This document shows positions 1 to 12,600 of a stretch of 64,000 nt of DNA, piece by piece. The DNA lies in contig JAQGDQ010000994.1 of assembly GCA_030141605.1 (NCBI GenBank), forward strand, positions 1 through 64,000, given 5' to 3'. How positions within the stretch are numbered: position 1 is the stretch's first letter; each line of letters starts with the position of its first letter. This stretch comes from Tubiluchus corallicola (Eukaryota > Animalia > Priapulida). The position numbers and the translations under genes were made by a program. The notes beneath the pieces were generated by a model. The model saw only the letters and a program-made list of their open reading frames with translations. It was not told the origin of the DNA and searched no databases.

Positions 1-520
1 CGATAAAATACTGCGTAAACCATTTTCAGTAAAAGTCCCATGCTCGAGCATACAATAAAATACTGCGTAAACCATCTTCAGTAAAAGTTCCATGCTCGAG
101 CATACAATAAAACACTGAATAAACCATCTTCAGTAAAAGTTCCATGCTCGGGCATACAATAAAATACTGCGTAAACCATCTTCAGTAAAAGTTCCATGCT
201 CGGGCGTACAATAAAATACTGCGTAAGCCATTTTCAGTAAAAGTTCCATGCTCGAGCATACAATAAAATACTGCGTAAACCATCTTCAGTAAAAGTTCCA
301 TGCTCGGGCATACAATAAAACACTGAATAAACCATTTTCAGTAAAAGTTCCATGCTCGAGCATACAATAAAATACTGCGTAAACCATCTTCAGTAAAAGT
401 TCCATGCTCTGGCATACAATAAAATACTGCGTAAACCATTTTCAGTAAAAGTTCCATGCTCGAGCATACAATAAAACACTGAATAAACCATTTTCAGTAA
501 AAGTTCCATGCTCGAGCATA
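1..520. repeat. 52-bp minisatellite, ~10 copies, runs off the window start
   Basis: Unit CAGTAAAAGTTCCATGCTCGAGCATACAATAAAATACTGCGTAAACCATCTT; contains the palindrome ATGCTCGAGCAT and an acceptor-like TYTTCAG. Confidence 0.95.
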
Positions 521-697
521 CGGAATCAACGGTGTAACATGTGTAATAGTGATACTTCCTCGGGGCATTTTTGGCCCGTCGAAACATTCACAGTAAATTG
601 ATACATTAAAAATGTCTATGTTCAATATTCAGATTCGTTATTAATTATTATTGTTATTATTAAAAGTGTTAGTAACAACGTGGTTTTTCCTTTTCAG

Positions 698-3600
698 GGC
701 AGCGTCACAAAATAACAATGGAGTTGTTTTGCAGTGAACAGAAGTATTGTTCTAATTTATGGACACTACAGGGAACCTTTATAGAACCTCTGAAAAAGAC
801 GTCTATGTTGAATCAAAAGGAAATTCAGTAAGTAGTTAGTAATTACACCACAAGATGTCACTACAGAAAGGTAGCCGCCTTCAGAACCACTTATTTGGTT
901 GTTTCTAAGTTCAAAACCCCAAAATACTCTGTAGTGATTATTGTTTCTGGACTGTTATACCAAAATAGGCAACATATGCAATGCGTCTGGCTAGGCAACA
1001 AGTACATTGCATACTAGCTAGGCAACAAATGGAATGCTGTCTGTCTAGGCAACAAGTGCAATGTTGTTTGGCTAGGCAACAAGTGCAGTGCAATCTGGCT
1101 AGGCATCAAGTGCAATGCAGTCTGTCTAGGCAACAAATGCAGTGCAGTCTGTCTTGGCAAAAAGTGCAATGCAATCTGTCTAGGCAACAAATGCAATGCA
1201 ATCTATCTAGGCAACAAATGCAATGCAATCTATCTAGGCAACAAATGCAATGTAATTTATCTAGGCAACAAATGCAATGCAGTCTGGCTAGGCAAAAAGT
1301 GCAATGCAATCTGGCTAGGCAAAAAGTGCAATGCAGTCTGGCTAGGCAAAAAGTGCAATGCAATCTGGCTAGGCAAAAAGTGCAATGCAATCTGGCTAGG
1401 CAAAAAGTGCAGTGCAATCTGTCTAGGCAACAAATGCAATGCAATCTATCTAGGCAACAAATGCAATGCAATCTGGCTAGGCAACAACTGCAGTACAGTC
1501 TGGCTAGGCAAAAAGTGCAATGCAGTATGTTTAGGCAACAAATGCAATGCAATCTGGCTAGGCATCAAGTGCAATGCAGTCTGTCTAGGCAACAAATGCA
1601 GTGTAGTCTGTCTTGGCAAAAAGTGCAATGCAATCTGTCTAGGCAACAAATGCAATGCAATCTATCTAGGCAACAAATGCAATGCAATCTATCTAGGCAA
1701 CAAATGCCATGCAATTTATCTAGGCAACAAATGCAATGCAGTCTGGCTAGGCAAAAAGTGCAATGCAATCTGGCTAGGCAAAAAGTGCAATGCAGTCTGG
1801 CTAGGCAAAAAGTGCAATGCAATCTGGCTAGGCAAAAAGTGCAATGCAATCTGGCTAGGCAAAAAGTGCAGTGCAATCTGTCTAGGCAACAAATGCTAGA
1901 TGCAATCTATCTAGGCAACAAGTGCAATGCAATCTGTCTAGGCAACAAATGCAATGCAATCTATCTAGGCAACAAATGCAATGCAATCTATCTAGGCAAC
2001 AAGTGCAATGCAATCTGTCTAGGCAACAAATGCAATGCAATCTATCTAGGCAACAAATGCAATGCAATCTATCTAGGCAACACGTGCAATGCAATCTGTC
2101 TAGGCAACAAATGCAATGCAATCTACCTAGGCAACAAATGCAATGCAATCTACCTAGGCAACAAATGCAATGCAATCTACCTAGGCGACAAATGCAATGC
2201 AATCTACCTAGGCAACAAATGCAATGCAATCTACCTAGGCGACAAATGCAATGCAATCTACCTAGGCAACAAATGCAATGCAATCTACCTAGGCAACAAA
2301 TGCAATGCAATCTACCTAGGCGACAAATGCAATGCAATCTACCTAGGCGACAAATGCAATGCAATCTACCTGGGCAACAAATGCAATGCAATCTGCCTGG
2401 GCAGCAAATGCAATGCAGTCTGCTAGGCAACAAATGCAATGCAATCTACCTAGGCAACAAATGCAATGCAATCTATCTAGGCAACAAGTGCAATGCAATC
2501 TGTCTAGGCAACAAATGCAATGCAATCTACCTAGGCGACAAATGCAATGCAATTTACCTAGGCAACAAATGCAATGCAATCTACCTAGGCGACAAATGCA
2601 ATGCAATCTACCTAGGCAACAAATGCAATGCAATCTACCTAGGCAACAAATGCAATGCAATCTACCTAGGCGACAAATGCAATGCAATCTGTATTAAAAC
2701 TTTGTATTGCTGTTTTGCAATAGTCACAGTTAATACAATGCAGCTGCCATACCTTTATTAGCCCCCACAACGTCTTCTAAATGACCGTTTTTGTGGGCTT
2801 TAAAGTTCAAAATTTTCTGGGGGAGGCTGACAGCCCCCCCCCCCTGTTGTGTTGTAGATGTGCTTTGAAACTTGACCTCATAATAGGCCCTATTGTCATA
2901 GATACCTTACGTGTATCTGCTATGGCAGGGTATTTTTGCACATTTAAGCTTTGATTAACTGTCCATTTTTCAGAATAATGTTTCCAAGGGAATTGTACAC
3001 GCTGTACGAGGAACACTGCAAATTCTTGCATCAGCTAGAAAATAGCATTCTTAGTTCTCAGCTTACCCTGGGTACATGCTTGTCGGAGCATTTGCACAGT
3101 GATCACGTGAGTACATACTTGTCAGAGCATTTTCATATTGACCACATGAGTACATGCTTGTCAGAGCATTTTCATATTGACCACATGAGTACATGCTTGT
3201 CGGAGCATTTTCATATTGACCACATGAGTATACGCTTGACAGAGCATTTGCACAGTGACCACGTGAGTACATACTTGTCAGAGCATTTTCATATTGACCA
3301 CATGAGTACATGCTTGTCAGAGCATTTTCATATTGACCACATGAGTACATGCTTGTCGGAGCATTTTCATATTGACCACATGAGTATACGCTTGACAGAG
3401 CATTTGCACAGTGACCACGTGAGTACATACTTGTCAGAGCATTTTCATATTGACCACATGAGTACATGCTTGTCAGAGCATTTTCATATTGACCACATGA
3501 GTACAGGCTTGACAGAGAATTTTCATATTGACCACATGAGTACATGCTTGTCGGAGCATTTTCATATTGACCACATGAGTACATGCTTGTCAGAGCATTT

Positions 3601-6600
3601 TCATATTGACCACATGAGTACATGCTTGACAGAGAATTTTCATATTGACCACATGAGTACATGCTTGTCAGAGCATTTTCATATTGACCACATGAGTACA
3701 GGCTTGACAGAGAATTTTCATATTGACCACATGAGTACATGCTTGACAGAGAATTTTCATATTGACCACATGAGTACATGCTTGACAGAGAATATTCATA
3801 TTGACCACATGAGTACATGCTTGTCAGAATAGCTTGATGAAAAACTGTAAGATTTTGCCTAACAAAATCTGAATAATCACTGATAATAGAGTGAACCGGT
3901 TCGATACTCGACCTGGGCTGCTTCTTTCACCCTAAGATTCAAGCTGTTTACTTCCTAGAGGGGCAAATATACAGCAGTACGTGGCTAAGATGCCCTCTGC
4001 TGGTTTAGTGCCTCGAGGTGAGGGACAAACATCAAAGCTTCGAATAAAATTCAAGCCTAAAATTGTATTTCGAATAAGTCAGCACTTCAACTATGTATGT
4101 TCTTTATCATTAAAGTGTTTGCAATATCACGCAATCAGCTCAATTTAACTGCCATTTTTGTGCTCATTTTTTAAACAAATTATTAGTGTTTTTACTGCAG
4201 AGCAAAATCCAAAACGGTCTTTTTGAAACCGCTTTTTATTAAAGATTCGAAAATCTTTGAAAAAACTCGATTCAAATTCGCTTCACGTTAGAAATCTCTA
4301 AATTCGATTTGAATCGAGTTCAAAAGTCACAAATTCGAGTAGATTTGAGTTTATTTTTTGGTAGCAAATGCTCACCTCTGCTGAACAAGAAAATAATGAA
4401 ATTTTATAAAAATGCAAGGGCCAGGTGTTGTTGTTTTCTAGCAGGTCTTAAAGTTAGGGGGAGCAAGCACGTAAAAGAGGCGCCGTGACACGTGAAGCAA
4501 TTATATGTTTGTCTATGCCACAACAGATAGTATCAGCGTGTGACAAGAATATATTATAATAATTAGATTTTCAGCAAGTTGATCCTTGGTTCAATGAATG
4601 ACAATTGAGTTGTTAAATGCACTCTTATCTCAAAAACACCAGAGGCAAGTTGGTAATAACTCCAAAAAATTTTCCAAAGTCATGCAATTAAAAAAGAAAT
4701 AAAAAAGATTCAACTTTTATCGCAAGTATGAACTGAATAGTTAGGATATTTGCTGAAAAGGCGAAAATTTTGAAAAATTAGCTACGTCACTGTTTCCTAG
4801 TAAAACCCTGGAAGGATCTACGTCACTGTTTCCTAGTAAAACCCTGGAAAGATCAAGTCTTTTTTTTGTACATCGAATTACTGAAAGTCTATAGTTCACA
4901 CGTAAAAAATTTCACTATGGTTCAGAAGCCTGTAGGCAAGGGTTAAACTCTAGACAGTGTTAACTGTCTTGTTTCTGTTGCAGAGCGAACTACTCAATGT
5001 CTACGGTTCATACATAGAAGATTTCACTATGGCTCAGAAGAAGATGAAACTTTGCTTCCACGAGGTTCAGGATTTCCGACGATTCATTCGGGTGGGTAAC
5101 ACTCAAATTGACAATTAGTGAAGTCAGCATTTGGTGGAGGGGGGTTGAAAACTGGGTAGATGTCGCTGCCAAATCCTTTTGAGTCAAGGTGATTAGTTGA
5201 GTGTTTATGGGGTCTACCTCAGTACAACGTAGAACTCGGTCAGTAAATGGATTGGTGACAACCGAGTTGGAATAATTTAGTCACAATAAGCCTTTTCACA
5301 GTTTCGTTGTGCGCGCACGCAGTTGCTGTAGATCACAGGCCGCAGCAACGCGCCTTAACTACAACCATCATGTACATGTGGGTAAAGCAAGGTCGTCTGC
5401 CACATCAGTTCAGTAACTTCAGTTGTTTTATATGGATATACAAGGGGCCCGCGGGCCGCAATTTGCACACCCCAGACGTAAGTGGATCCTTGTTACAACT
5501 GAAACTCACTATTTACTCGCTTGAGAAGCAAGAAATGCAAAAAAGTTCTACTAAAACTCTAACTCAATGTACAAAAATGCATCATAACAAACACAAAATT
5601 GTAGTTACATTCAGTTATGCTTCACTAGATCTTTTCGCCGTATGAAAGTCGCACACAGAGCAAAATAATTCCACCCACATAAGCCTTTTCACAGTTTCAA
5701 TGTGCGCATGTGCTGTTGCTGTAGATCAAAGGCTAAGTGTACCACAGGTCTTAACTACAACCGTCACGTGACATGTGGGTAAAGTAAAACTGTTTGCCTC
5801 ATCAGCTCAGTAACTTCAGTTGTTTTACATAGAATTTACTTAATTATTCATTAGTCTGTGCGTAGAGTGATTTACTAGCAGGACCGTGGTTGGGAACAAG
5901 AAAAAATGAACTAGGTAAAGTTCTAGATAGCTGTTAAAACGGTTACTATTACAACAGCATGGGCTGCGAGGCATTGTCAAATGTACACAAATGCGTTGTC
6001 TGATACACTTGACCTTTGACCTTTTCAGAATCATCAATCGCTGGAACTGCGAAAAGGCTTACTCGTTCTGAACTGTTTTAACTACCATATCGTCTATGAG
6101 TACACTGTCTCATCTTACTGAATTATTCTTGACAAATGGGCAGATTCGCGTCCTGCCACTAGTATCACCCTGCCATTTGTTGTCAGATCAAAGTGTGCCG
6201 AACTGCATAAGCAAGTCACACGCAAATGCCAAACAAAAATGATAATTGCTGTGTGAAACTTTATGAGCATCCTGGCCTGTATTGACCAAAGTGCGATACA
6301 GTTTGAGCGAAATGCAAACTGCTGTTTGTATGATTTTTCCTGATAAATGTGTCAGATAAACTGTGTATGTTGCTTAAAGCAAAATCTTAGTCTGTCAGGA
6401 AGTTGAACTAATTTTAATATTTGGGAAAAAATGTTAGAAAGTTTCAACAATGAAATTGTGATAAGCGCCTCGTGTAATTAGTAAAATAAATTTAAAGTCG
6501 TGATTACTTCGCGCTTGGACGCGCTCGTTTTCGCAAAAAACTGTGTCATATACACACTTATTCTACCAGATGTTTCAGTAATCTTTTTTTGGCTTATAGA

Positions 6601-9600
6601 GCGAACTCTATAAACTAAGTACCCCCCCCCCGTACCTACTGTATGCTCGCAAGTTTACATGTGTATCTGAAAGTCAACAAATGTCTGTAAATAAATTACA
6701 TTTACACAATTAATGTATACCTACTTACACATTTTACGGTATAATCGTGTGGGTTAAAGCTATGTAAGCTCTTTAATCTTGGACATAATTGATCAAATGA
6801 CTAATTTTTACATAAACATGGTTAAATACAATGCTTGAATACTGAACTTCTGAGTAAACTGTAGAAATTTCTCAACGCGTACCTTCATCTCAGCTTGCCT
6901 TCCCAGCATTCACGCTGCCTAGCAGACACCAGCTTACGTCATTTTTTCAAATATGGCGGCAGCGCTGTTCGTTTGGCGGGAGATAAAAAAATATTTGAAT
7001 TTCTTTAACATTTTTAAGCAAAGTATTCTATGCCCATATATTGTGTGGTGATTTCAATATTTTTCGTTATACATTAAAATGTGATAATTGCTGTTCGAGG
7101 ATTGATTTTTCCTTTAATCGGGCTCCAGTGCTATATAGCACGCGTAACTCGAGTTTTGGTGTTTACAGAAATCTCTAAAACAAGCGAACAGCGATCACCA
7201 CGATCTGTCCGCTTTCTTACTGAGTCCAGTGGAGCGAATTCCGCAATATGCTTTATTGTTGGAGGTAAGTCGTTACTTGTGTTAGGAGGATTGGAGAAAA
7301 CATACAGGAAGCCATCAGTAGAGTTAGACATTTTAGATAACTACTGGATCATTATTAAAGGAAAACGGGACGATTTTTCATATCGTACCCCATTTTGAAG
7401 TGGTGTAAAAAGTGTACATTTTAATACATATAATGATGCAAAGTGTTTCAGATAATTAAATAATAGGTTCAAAACTTAATTGAGAGCATGCAAGCCCAAC
7501 TATTGATGACATCAGAACTGAACATAATTTTCTACAGCACAAGCATTCCACGAGTGTGTTGCACTTGTTTGCAAAAGCGAAAATTCAAGTACATTGCTAC
7601 TGTACAACGTTCAGTGTAATATAGATTGCTCCTCAAACTTTAAGATTAAAGTTCATATTTCTGAGATGTATGATTTAGTACCCATCTAAGTCGCAAATGG
7701 GGAAATATGCATGTAACAGCAAAGAACTACCCGTGCAAATGTGAAATTACCAGTCTGTGATAATAATTGTTTCATGTAAGTCATTCTTGAAAAAATAGTA
7801 TGTTTCCTTTCCATGTTTTATAGGGTAAATTGTTTTCAACTATTGTTTAAGATTGGGTCTGTTTTTCCTTTAAAATTAATGCGTGAAACTATTTCCTTTT
7901 ATTCCCTTTTAATTGAGAAGACAGTTTTCTAAACTTCACTCTAATTATTTTCAGGAATGTTACCGAAACGAAATTTTTGTTTCGGTTTGCCAATAATTGC
8001 GCTTTCTGTTTCGGTGGCAATCTACCGTGCTGACGACTGTAAGGTTTCTGGGTCTCCAGGCCCAATCAACCTAAATATCAGACCTGTTTGAATTTACTTG
8101 AGCAAAATCACGTTTAATTTTTAATTTATGAAAACATACGCAACAAATTTGTTTATTTCTAATGAAGTATTATAATCTTTGAATATTAATCATTAAGGAA
8201 ACTTAAATCCAAAAACATTTTGACACATTTTCACACTCTATCAAACTTGAGGTTCTATACTATAAACCTTTGTTCTATTTATTTATAGAACGTTTATCGG
8301 TAATTTTGCATCACAGCAAAAAAAGCAAACAAACAAGAAACAGAATTTCTTTTTTAGCCTTTTCTTTTTTCAGTTTTAATAGTTGTTGATTTTACAAAAA
8401 TGTTTCGGTATTTGGTTCTTACGTTTCATAAATTTCGGTTTGTAAATTCAGTTTCGATAACATCCCTGACCATTTTCAAACTTGAAAGTCTGTAATGTGT
8501 GCGTAATGTGCACATAATGTGCGTAATATGCGTATTGTGGGTAATATGCGTATTGTGGGTAATGTGCGTACTGTGGGTAATGTACATAATGTGTGTAATG
8601 TGTGCATAATGTGTATATTGTGGGTAATGTGCATAATGTGCGTACTGTGGGTAATGTACATAATGTGTGTAATGTGTGTATAATGTGTATATTGTGGGTA
8701 ATGTGCATAATGTGTGTATTGTGGGTAATGTGCGTAATGTGTGTATTGTGGGTAATGTGCGTAATGTGGGTAATGTGCGTAATGTGTGTATTGTGCGTAA
8801 TGTGTGTATTGTGGGTAATGTGCGTATTGTGGGTAATGTGCGTACTGTGGGTAATGTACATAATGTGTGTAATGTGTGCATAATGTGTGTATTGTGGGTA
8901 ATGTGCGTAATGTGTGTATTGTGGGTAATGTGCGTATTGTGGGTAATGTGCATAATGTGTGGGTAATGTGCGTATTGTGGGTAATGTGTGTATTGTGGGT
9001 AATGTGCGTATTGTGGGTAATGTGTATAATGTGCGTAATGTGTGTATTGTGGGTAATGTGCGTATTGTGGGTAATGTGCGTATTGTGGGTAATGTGCATA
9101 ATGTGTGTAATGTGTGCGTAATGTGTGTATTGTGGGTAATGTGCGTAATGTGTGTATTGTGGGTAATGTGCGTATTGTGGGTAATGTGCATAATGTGTGG
9201 GTAATGTGCGTATTGTGGGTAATGTGTGTATTGTGGGTAATGTGCGTATTGTGGGTAATGTGTATAATGTGCGTAATGTGTGTATTGTGGGTAATGTGCG
9301 TATTGTGGGTAATGTGCGTATTGTGGGTAATGTGCATAATGTGTGTAATGTGTGCGTAATGTGTGTATTGTGGGTAATGTGCGTATTGTGGGTAATGTGC
9401 ATATTGTGCATATTGTGCGTAATGTGTGTATTGTGCATAATGTGCTTGTATTGTGCGTAATGTGTGTATTGTGCATATTGTGCGTAATGTATGTACTTTT
9501 AACATCTTTAGAAGCTGCTGCGTTTCACCAATCATGATCATTCTGATTACGAATTGTTGCAATCAACGCAAGACTGTCTGAAAGAATTCTTGCTGAGAAT

Positions 9601-12600
9601 GAATTCACTAATGGATCGGTGCTGTCAGCTCATGCCGGTGCCTACTCACGGTACTCCGCACCCTATAAGGTAGGTGTTACTAAAACTGTTTGAGGTGTGT
9701 TGATGGATTAAACACATATCGGGTGGCACAGAAAAAACGTGCCAAAGCTTACCCTGCAATAACATTAGAAGGAAGCCCTTTGCAACATTGAAATTTCAAA
9801 TTTCAGAGCTTTTTGCTGCGAAAAGTTATGAGATGATAGCTTTAGTAATTTTCAAGTTATGGCTGAATTTCTTTTGCATATTAAAAATTTATATGCCAAT
9901 CTTGCCAGAACAATGTCATCTATACTCATCATCTGAAAAATAGCCACGTTGATTTATTTAAAGCGCTCAATAGATGGCAGCAAAATAATAAAAAAACAAA
10001 CAGCTTAAATCATGGGCTTTAACGTAGTAAATAAAGCACTGATGAAGACCTGCTGCCAAGGAAAAATGGTACTTCATCCTATGAACCGGAGTATCTTGAA
10101 TTCCCAGAAAAAGCACGTATGACCAGCATTTGATGGAGAAGAAAAGAGGAAAATTGTTGAGTAGTGGGAGCAAGTACACCTTGAGAAATGAGAAACTTTG
10201 TCACCTGTTGGAAGAAATGTCTTCGTCAAGTTTGCAGTGAAAATGGCGGACACACGAACAGTACTTGCTGTAACATTGTGATGCACAAACATTTTTCCCG
10301 CATTTATTTTTTTGATTTGCTGATTTAAAACTTTTGTGTCTTAGGAAAGTTCCTAGGGAATCACCTAGAATTTTTGTGTTTACACATAAACCGTCCCATA
10401 TATACGATGTCCCTTATAGCCGACGTTGAGTCAGACCGAGGGTGTGTCTAGACCTGTACTTTCCTGTATTTTTACCCATATTTTTATGGATTATTGCTAC
10501 ACATTCAGTGCAAACGGTATGTAGGAAGCTCTTCAATGATGCGAGATGTATGTGAGACGGCGGAAACCGAGCTGTTTGAAGGCCGGGTTTGCACAAAATT
10601 GAGGTTAAAAATCAATCAATTTCACTTTGATCATAGGGTCCCTTATATACAAGGTAATTTACCTGGGTTTCTATTACGTGGGACCTGAAGATATCGTCCC
10701 TTATAACCGAAAGTCCGTGATATCCGAGTTCCTTATATACGAAGATTTTTACATAGGAAAAACGTTATGAAAAATCGGGATCAGTGTTGGTGGTCCCTTA
10801 TAAGTGAGTACCTTATACCCGAGGTTGACAGTAGTCATATTATATACTACAGAATAGTATATAATACTAGTATACATAGTATATAATACTAGTATACATA
10901 ATATATAATACTAGTATATATAGTATATAATACTAGTATACATAGTATACAATACTAGTATACATAGTGTATAATACTGGTATATATAGTATATAATATT
11001 AGTATACATAGTATATAATACTAGTATATATAGTATATAAGTACTATAAGTATATTAGTATATACTAATAGTATTTAATACTCGTATTGCATGCGAGTAT
11101 TTCAGTCGATTAAACGTGGGAATGTTTAAAATCAAGAGCTAGAACACAACAGAAGAAAACAAATACAAATTTAAATTAAGCAAATTAAGACAGTTTGTCC
11201 TTTATAATAATAAAAAGTTGAGGAGGATACAAGCAGGCTGCAAGAGATGGAACCAAGATGGCTGCAAGAGATGCAACCAAGATGGCTGCAAGAGATGGAA
11301 CCAAGATGGCTGCAAGAGATGGAACCAAGATGGCTGCAAGAGATGGAACCAAGATGGCTGCAAGAGATGGAACCAAGATGGCTGCAAGAGATGCAACCAA
11401 GATGGCTGCAAGAGATGGAACCAAGATGGCTGCAAGAGATGGAACCAAGATGGCTGCAAGAGATGGAACCAAGATGGCTGCAAGAGATGGAACCAAGATA
11501 TAAAAATTTTCTTTTATCTTACAGCACCATCTGCATTTCGTTTCTCAGTAAATTGCTATGTACCATTATTTTAGAATAGATCTATCGAAAATTGGGCTAA
11601 ATGAACAGAGAGGCAGTATCTTTTACTGTCATCCTAAATAAAATTTAATGATTTTACGCAAAATAACAAAAGGATAGCCTTGTCTTGCAAGCTTGATGAT
11701 GTTCACTACGATATTGAATCGATTTTAAAGGCACATTGATGATCAGTCTATAAAATTTCATTGCGATTTGAAAAAATAAAAACAATAGACGTAGATGTGT
11801 ATGCCATTTATTGCATTTAAATACACACGTCTCGATAAAAAATTTCAGAATTCGTTGTGAGAAATTTGTGAAGTTTAAAAACACCTATTTTCAGAAAGCA
11901 AAGAGTTCATGAGAACGTCATGCAAAAGGAAAGGTTAAATAAAATCAATAAACGTGATCACATCAAGGGAAAAAGTTTGGATTACATTGAGCCACAAATG
12001 GTGTCATTTTCACCAGACACGAGTCATTTGTTCAGGTGAGTGTAAATCATTCTACACAGACTAATGCATAATTAAGTAAAGTCCACCTAAAACTTGATGG
12101 ATACTGAACTGATGTGGCAAACGGCTTTGCGCTTCCCACATGTCATGTGATTATTGTAATTAAGACGCATTGCTGTGATACACTTGACCTTTGACACTCA
12201 ACGAAACTGCGAAAGGGCTTATGAAAAGCACTCAAAATGAAGCAACAATTTTACTAGAGTCTTAAATTTAAGATCCTAGGAACCTTACTCTAAAATTTGA
12301 AATGTTTGATGACCTGCGTGATAGAGTTTAACTTTTCAAAACAATTTGATAAAAGTGGCTAGAACACAAGTTGTCTACAAGTTGCAGTGTAGCATGGCTT
12401 TTCGAATTTTGGAAATGTCTAATGTGGTTACTTTATTTAGGTACACAGGCAGCAGCAACAATTCTACAAGTAGTGATGATGATGATGATGACAACAGTGG
12501 CATCAATGCTGCTGAACCAGATGTAGTGAATAAGCAAAAACTGGCATCCAAGAACGCTGTATATCCCGTGCACAGTACAAAGGACGGCGAAAAACCTCTG

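Noticed and set aside
981-2761. 481-aa and 279-aa Gln/Cys-rich ORFs
   Set aside because: Translations of a 27-bp intronic minisatellite that is open in several frames on both strands.
3955-4380. Possible TIR element with TTCGA-rich subterminal repeats
   Set aside because: Termini and target duplication could not be paired confidently.
6860-6940. ISQRVPS as the missing DH conserved-region exon
   Set aside because: In-frame stop just upstream, wrong phase at the nearby AG, and no LLxxP or downstream Tyr.
6940-7420. Short ORFs 7081-7398 (+) and 7131-7331 (-) after an ATGGCGGC motif
   Set aside because: No recognisable domain or convincing splice sites; may be a decayed transposon fragment but I cannot support a call.
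8426-9562. His/Thr-rich ORFs of 320-378 aa
   Set aside because: Low-complexity satellite; open in all three minus frames.
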